Shown: positions 11,117 through 18,415 of the stretch, piece after piece | Layout: each line of letters begins with the position of its first letter | Numbering within the stretch: the stretch's first letter is position 1 | Origin: Paraphysomonas bandaiensis | Taxonomy: Eukaryota > Protista > Chrysophyceae | Assembly: GCA_965644295.1 (NCBI GenBank) | Contig: CBFFRP010000316.1 | Span: 1 to 18,415, forward strand | Length of the DNA stretch: 18,415 nt | Reading direction: 5' to 3' | Notes under the pieces: model-generated | What the model saw: the letters and a program-made list of their open reading frames with translations, nothing else | What the model was told of the DNA's origin: nothing | The model's database searches: none | Position numbers and translations under genes: made by a program

Positions 11117-11538
11117 GGGGCGCCATGAGGAATGGAAGTCAAAAGAACGAAATATAGTTTCTTAGCATTCAACATGTATGCCTGAACACCTTTGAAAATA
11201 GATTGATGGCAAAATGATATTGTTTTATCTAGGCCAACCTTAACAGATGCAGAAAAATACCGTCATATTTCATTTTACTCAAAGAACTTTATTACCCAAC
11301 ATGAAAACTGTATACCGCATACCACCATAAAAAACGGACATTACTAAAACCACACAAATCACATCGTTTATTGTTCAACCTTAATTGAGCTCAGCATGGC
11401 TACATCGAAAATTATGAACGCTTTAAGCAATGGCAACGAGCACTTCAGAAGTGCTGTTCATTTAGAGTGGTAATACTTAGACTGAATCGACTGGGGCGTG
11501 ACACATTTCCTCAAAATCTGACAAAATTACTATACCTA

Positions 11539-13408
11539 TTACGTCAACTTCTGACCTTCATCATCAATTAAATTTTCTTCTAAATCATGAGCTTTGTTCT
11601 TGTGAGTTGGAAGGAACGGTAAAAAACACACAAAAAATGCACACATCACCACCACACACAATGTAACTAGGAGTCCGACATAAATGTTTGAATTTTCCCC
11701 AGTGAGCATGTCATCATCCCCATCGTTGCTATTAGGTCTGTATGCCGTTGGAGACAGAGTAGGCGAATCACTGGTGCTAGATAAGTAATATATATAAGCT
11801 GCCCCTAGAAATATTCTATCAAACGAAGCACCAGAGATACCACACATTTGAATCATATGTACACATTACAGGAAAAATATACCGTACAAACTTCATATTA
11901 TATTGACATGTTGTGAATTCCAACCAGTTTTTTCATCTCCAGGTGCGCCTGCAACAATAGTGGTATTGTATACGCCAACGGAGAACCCGAGCAGTGCGTC
12001 ACTAGACTGGTCTCCAGCCCTCACATGCTCATCACATGTCCACGTGGAATAGCTTCGAGAATATATATACAGGGATCCTACACACCCACAGCAGTTATAT
12101 CACATAAAAGTAGTACTTACTGCATCCACAAGGTTTTGCTAACAAGATGACACACATATGCGCAGAATGTATAACATGCATATGTACCAGGATCGAATCC
12201 AGGGGTGGTACTAGAATCAGCGTATGCCCCCACGACAAGAGAGTCTCTGTAAATCCCAACAGAACTTCCAAATTGATCCCCTGCCGCTGCGTCCATGGCC
12301 AATAAGTGACTCTGTAGCGACCAACTTGAGCTACCGTTGCGGATAAATACATATGTGGCACCTATATTTATTTGCATCACCTACCATACTTTGGTAGAAA
12401 AATACATACCAGTATCGTAGAGGTCAGGAGACAAGTCTTCCAGTGGTGCCCCAGCAGCAACTGTGCCATTATACACTCCCACACTTGCTCCTAAGTCTGT
12501 CGGTATCGAGGTGTTGAACGTAGCTACTTGGCTCCATTGAGAGAGATCATAATCATCATACTCGAATATATAAATTTTCGAAGAATAGTAAGCTCCCACT
12601 ACAAGGGTAGAATGGTAAAGGGAAACGGTGCAGGCAAAGCACTCTTGTTGAGCGCCATCAGATGCCCACAGCTTTGACACTTGAGTCCACATATTACCAG
12701 AGCCAGTAAACAGATACACTGCCCCTAAGTCCCAATGTCGCATATTAGACACTGTTAACATACGCATGCTAGACAAACAAAGCTACTAATTACCTTCGTT
12801 GCTTCCTGGAAGCGGACTCTGTGCAGCATATGATCCCACTGCAATTCTGTCATCGTACACTGCAACAGCATACCCGAATGCCTCATAGGGCCCCCTGTCG
12901 TTTGGCAACAACACTGCTTGTTGACTCCACGCATCCTCTCCTGTGTATAAAAATACAGCACCTCCAGAGGTAACACCTCCAATCGTCGCATCTCGAGCAC
13001 CAACTGCGACTTGATATTCATAGATACTCACGGCACTCGGAAATCCGGTGCTTGTATCTCCTTCTTCAACCACAGCCTCAAGTTTTGCCGCTTGGGACCA
13101 AGTGTCTCCATAACGCGAAAAGACGTATACTGAAGCTAACCCCAATAATAAGTAGCATTTATACATATACTCGCACTAGGTTACCGTCAATGTAGTCGCC
13201 AGCTACAACGGTATAGTTAAAGACAGATACCGAATACCCTAAACGGTTTCCTGGGGTGGCATCGGATGCCTTCAGCTGTTCAACCCGCACATACCCCATC
13301 ACTTCACATTATATGTAATATGCATGTTGATCTGTAATACACACACGCACCTATCAAAGGCAGCATCAGCACACATGCCATAGGGACCCATATCCTGTCC
13401 ATGCGCAT
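11539..13408 (-). CDS. Type-I membrane protein with a 7-bladed FG-GAP (integrin-alpha-like) beta-propeller, 7 exons
   Basis: Exons: 13408-13351, 13301-13185, 13135-12794, 12724-12410, 12361-12188, 12077-11925, 11804-11539. The product has a signal peptide (MRMDRIWVPMACVLMLPLIVMG) and seven repeats of type L.A.D.....FG.SV.....VVGA....GAVY.F (e.g. LLAMDAAAGDQFGSSVGIYRDSLVVGAY). These are followed by an SPTLSPT linker, a TM segment (IYVGLLVTLCVVVMCAFFVCFLPFL) and a short acidic cytoplasmic tail. Confidence 0.88.
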
Positions 13409-13713
13409 CGCGTAATTCAATAATAGATCTTTGGGAGTGGTTGATCGTGCCAATGAGGCCAGAATGTGCGAGTTATAGAAGAATATAAGTAACGAGATAG
13501 ATACATGTAGATATATGTGATCCACATGCAAAATCTTCATGTATGATGTGCAACAGTACATACCGTACCTTGTACACAGATATTTCCACTTGCCTGCTTC
13601 TAGAGTTTTCGCCGACAGCACTTTCGAATATATTTTGGTCACCGTATACCCGGGTATACCGTATACAATATATCTGTATATCTGTATATCTACGATTGGA
13701 AGTCCTATAACGA

Positions 13714-16081
13714 AAGAAAATCGGCCCCCTCAAAAAAATCGGCCCCCCCATTTTCTCATCCATTTTCCCACCCCCCCTTGAACTGATATGCACATACATA
13801 CATGACATTAACTCCAACACCACAACTAACCACAACATACACCAATACAATCAGACACATACACGCTGTCTTTACAATGGAGTATGTCAACATTATATGC
13901 AGCCATTTTCACCATCACACCCTGTGTCTCGAGTGATTAGACAGAGGAGCCCTGCGTCCTCAGGATGGCTATTGATCGCTATATGCAGAGCAGTGGGATA
14001 CATTAACCACTACTGAGACTCTATATTCGACTTACTACTGCAGACAAAGTGTTTGGAGAGGTGAGAGGGTGTGGGAGGGTCACGTATCATCTCTGTGGCT
14101 TGGATTCTGTGCCGGTCAGTATTTGTCCATAGGGAGGAGGGGTCCATACAGTGCACATCAGGTCATACATTCACCAGAAATTTGAAATGCGCCAAAATAA
14201 TATGCCATATCGATGGATGGAGGGCATTGATATGGCATATCCACCAATTTGATTAGATTTAAGTGCACCGCTGCCGTCCGTAGAAATTATGGATATGCTA
14301 CCTTGTCACCATCCGAGTCAGCTTATCAGTGTCGGAACCGACTTATCGAATGGAAGATAAGCGATCTTTATTGGTAGAAAGAGATTTGGCACTTTATGGG
14401 CTTCCTTGTGCGCTGTACAATGATTAATGTTGCAAATACCCTTGACTAGCTTGTTGGTTGCAGGCACCCCATGTTAGGGTGCTGTAGGGTCACAGCAAGC
14501 AGTGTTCACTCATGTCATATATGTAGGATACCTAATATATTGCACTCATTCAGCTTTATTGGGGTCTTGTTACATCTACAATGCCATTGTTGCCATACTT
14601 GTCGATTTAAATGGGCTTTACGGCGAGTGCAGCTGATGATTGTTGAAAGTCTATACATGTCTAGTCTTTGTTGGCTATTCTCAAGACTTTGTCCCGAACT
14701 ATCTCTCCACGCGCCTTCTGTGAATCTGTATGTTTTATGTCTATACATATATATTACCTTTGTATGTACTTTATATGCACATGTGTGTACTACGTTTCCC
14801 TTATGTTTACTAGGTTTATATGGGTGTACGAGGTTTATTATATATATTACCTACAATGCTTCATATAAGCGTCAGTGTTCGAAATTATGTGGATATGCTA
14901 CCTTGTCACCATCCGAGTCAGCTTATCAGTGTCGGAACCGACTTATCGAATGGAAGATAAGCGATCTTTATTGGTAGAAAGAGATTTGGCACTTTATGGG
15001 CTTCCTTGTGCGCTGTACAATGATTAATGTTGCAAATACCCTTGACTAGCTTGTTGGTTGCAGGCACCCCATGTTAGGGTGCTGTAGGGTCACAGCAAGC
15101 AGTGTTCACTCATGTCATATATGTAGGATACCTAATATATTGCACTCATTCAGCTTTATTGGGGTCTTGTTACATCTACAATGCCATTGTTGCCATACTT
15201 GTCGATTTAAATGGGCTTTACGGCGAGTGCAGCTGATGATTGTTGAAAGTCTATACATGTCTAGTCTTTGTTGGCTATTCTCAAGACTTTGTCCCGAACT
15301 ATCTCTCCACGCGACTTCTGTGAATCTGTATGTTTTATGTCTATACATATATATTACCTTTGTATGTACTTTATATGCACATGTGTGTACTACGTTTCCC
15401 TTATGTTTACTAGGTTTATATGGGTGTACGAGGTTTATTATATATATTACCTACAATGCTTCATATAAGCGTCAGTGTTCGAATATATGTACTCTTGACT
15501 TATGTATGAGAATATGTTATCTGTGTGTTTTTGTATGCATATATATACGAGCGTTCTGAATGTATGTGTATCTGTGTGTTGTCATGTAGATATTTATAAT
15601 AATAATATGATATCGTTATAGTCGATGTGAACTTGCTTGTATAAGTACTAGTCATAGTAAAGTAGCTATATATATATGTAGATCTTAAATACAACGATTG
15701 GCAGTATGTGTTTACAAGAAGTATAGGTATAAGGTATAAGTTTGCTTATCACACAAGTGTCTAAATCTAAACTACGAAGGAGTACAGTAGCTGATTTTTA
15801 TTGACAGAAGTAGTGTACTATTCCAAGTTATATGTGGGCTAGCATCGAGGTATTTGCTGGAATAATTACATGCATAACAAGACAGTATACTATCAAACCA
15901 CACATATACCGGCATGAATTTATAAGCAAATATTAGAATATTAGTCAAGTGGTTATCTAGTTTCAAAATAGCAATCAATAGACGATAACAACCTAGGAAT
16001 TATAAGCACACTACCAGTACTCTCGCCACTAAACAGATTAGTTGGGAATATGTGCGAACAATAGCATACAACTACGCAATG
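13714..16081 (+). repeat. Left arm of giant inverted repeat (includes the extra tandem copy)
   Basis: Reverse complement of 16649-18415. The ORF track shows identical translations on opposite strands (14071+/17876-, 15071+/17171-, 15500-/17036+, 15772-/16752+). Confidence 0.97.
14283..15480 (+). repeat. Tandem duplication, 2 x ~600 bp, present only in the left arm
   Basis: 14283-14880 (598 bp) and 14881-15480 (600 bp) are nearly identical. They differ by a 2-nt indel (GAAATTATGG vs GAAATTATGTGG) and one C/A substitution (GCGCCTTC vs GCGACTTC). Confidence 0.95.
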
Positions 16082-16648
16082 GTACAACGAACTATTGAAT
16101 GTCCTTAAATTGAATTAGTCATTTTAAGTTCAAGTGCTCCTGGTTTTAGGAGCAGCTAGAACTGATAGAGCATGTACAATTTGCCTCCGCCTATCAAAGT
16201 AATATCAGCTCTACGTTTCGATTAAGACTCTGATTTTGTTTTTTAAGTGTCAAGTTCTTTCATTTGTTGCTCTTTACAGCGCATCTTCTGCCTTTTTTAT
16301 TCTTTTCCTTTCTGCTTTATAGCTGTTGCTGTCTTGAAACCTTTATACGAATATTTTCTTCATCCACATGTATTCTATAATGAACTTAAGATCTCCAGCA
16401 GCCATCTCCGCTTTGTATCTTTCAACAACTACTTCATGATTAACACTCTTTGACTAAAGTTCAACATGCGTGAGATTACTATGACAAATGATGGTAGTAC
16501 CAGGTTCAATACCACCCTCAACCAACTCTCTATGTGCTGCGCGACAACGAAGTGTGACATAAACGAAAACACAAAAATTAAGTCAAACATTACATCTACC
16601 ACTTCATCCCGTATTATCACTGAAAACGTAATACTTAAACCATTAAAA

Positions 16649-18415
16649 CATTGCGTAGTTGTATGCTATTGTTCGCACATATTCCCAACTAATCTGTTTA
16701 GTGGCGAGAGTACTGGTAGTGTGCTTATAATTCCTAGGTTGTTATCGTCTATTGATTGCTATTTTGAAACTAGATAACCACTTGACTAATATTCTAATAT
16801 TTGCTTATAAATTCATGCCGGTATATGTGTGGTTTGATAGTATACTGTCTTGTTATGCATGTAATTATTCCAGCAAATACCTCGATGCTAGCCCACATAT
16901 AACTTGGAATAGTACACTACTTCTGTCAATATAAATCAGCTACTGTACTCCTTCGTAGTTTAGATTTAGACACTTGTGTGATAAGCAAACTTATACCTTA
17001 TACCTATACTTCTTGTAAACACATACTGCCAATCGTTGTATTTAAGATCTACATATATATATAGCTACTTTACTATGACTAGTACTTATACAAGCAAGTT
17101 CACATCGACTATAACGATATCATATTATTATTATAAATATCTACATGACAACACACAGATACACATACATTCAGAACGCTCGTATATATATGCATACAAA
17201 AACACACAGATAACATATTCTCATACATAAGTCAAGAGTACATATATTCGAACACTGACGCTTATATGAAGCATTGTAGGTAATATATATAATAAACCTC
17301 ATACACCCATATAAACCTAGTAAACATAAGGGAAACGTAGTACACACATGTGCATATAAAGTACATACAAAGGTAATATATATGTATAGACATAAAACAT
17401 ACAGATTCACAGAAGTCGCGTGGAGAGATAGTTCGGGACAAAGTCTTGAGAATAGCCAACAAAGACTAGACATGTATAGACTTTCAACAATCATCAGCTG
17501 CACTCGCCGTAAAGCCCATTTAAATCGACAAGTATGGCAACAATGGCATTGTAGATGTAACAAGACCCCAATAAAGCTGAATGAGTGCAATATATTAGGT
17601 ATCCTACATATATGACATGAGTGAACACTGCTTGCTGTGACCCTACAGCACCCTAACATGGGGTGCCTGCAACCAACAAGCTAGTCAAGGGTATTTGCAA
17701 CATTAATCATTGTACAGCGCACAAGGAAGCCCATAAAGTGCCAAATCTCTTTCTACCAATAAAGATCGCTTATCTTCCATTCGATAAGTCGGTTCCGACA
17801 CTGATAAGCTGACTCGGATGGTGACAAGGTAGCATATCCACATAATTTCTACGGACGGCAGCGGTGCACTTAAATCTAATCAAATTGGTGGATATGCCAT
17901 ATCAATGCCCTCCATCCATCGATATGGCATATTATTTTGGCGCATTTCAAATTTCTGGTGAATGTATGACCTGATGTGCACTGTATGGACCCCTCCTCCC
18001 TATGGACAAATACTGACCGGCACAGAATCCAAGCCACAGAGATGATACGTGACCCTCCCACACCCTCTCACCTCTCCAAACACTTTGTCTGCAGTAGTAA
18101 GTCGAATATAGAGTCTCAGTAGTGGTTAATGTATCCCACTGCTCTGCATATAGCGATCAATAGCCATCCTGAGGACGCAGGGCTCCTCTGTCTAATCACT
18201 CGAGACACAGGGTGTGATGGTGAAAATGGCTGCATATAATGTTGACATACTCCATTGTAAAGACAGCGTGATGTGTCTGATTGTATTGGTGTATGTTGTG
18301 GTTAGTTGTGGTGTTGGAGTTAATGTCATGTATGTATGTGCATATCAGTTCAATGGGGGGTGGGAAAATGGATGAGAAAATGGGGGGCTGATTTTTTGAG
18401 GGGGCCGATTTTCTT
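16649..18415 (-). repeat. Right arm of giant inverted repeat (at least 1767 bp, truncated by the window end)
   Basis: Starts CATTGCGTAGTT (reverse complement of AACTACGCAATG ending at 16081) and ends GGGGCCGATTTTCTT (reverse complement of AAGAAAATCGGCCCC at 13714). Confidence 0.97.

Larger units (their letters stand above)
13714..18415. mobile_element. Putative foldback-type / long-TIR non-autonomous element, or inverted duplication
   Basis: Kilobase-scale near-identical inverted arms surround a 567-bp spacer, with repeated AAAATCGGCCCCC motifs near the outer end and no intact gene. True termini and TSD are not visible. Confidence 0.4.

Noticed and set aside
14625-14680. Hammerhead-like CTGATGA-ttgtt-GAAA core in each repeat copy
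   Set aside because: There is no stem II, stem III is mismatched and stem I does not pair, so this is probably a chance match.
14071-18061. Cys/Tyr/Ile-rich ORFs (61-168 aa) repeated in the palindrome arms
   Set aside because: They arise from TA/TG-rich low-complexity DNA, have no recognisable domain, and recur only because the DNA is duplicated.

Overview
Compact eukaryotic genomic DNA with very short GT-AG introns (mostly 45-69 nt). A protist, plausibly a stramenopile, is inferred but not proven. From left to right: (1) a decayed Ty1/Copia-type gag running off the left edge; (2) a 4-exon RPL13A (uL13) gene, head-to-head with an intronless SpoU/TrmH-family methyltransferase whose SAM-knot motifs are degenerate; (3) an intronless protein with two internal repeats resembling circularly permuted discoidin/F5-8C domains; (4) an 11-exon mitochondrial 2-oxoglutarate dehydrogenase E2 (DLST) with two lipoyl domains; (5) a small RRM gene; (6) a ~612-bp LTR-like segment; (7) a 7-exon type-I membrane protein with a 7-bladed FG-GAP propeller. 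The last ~4.7 kb is one giant near-perfect inverted repeat. Its arms are 13714-16081 and 16649-18415 (right arm cut by the window edge), the spacer is 567 bp, and the left arm alone carries a ~600-bp tandem duplication. All exon models were built by eye from splice signals and frame continuity; no searches were run.
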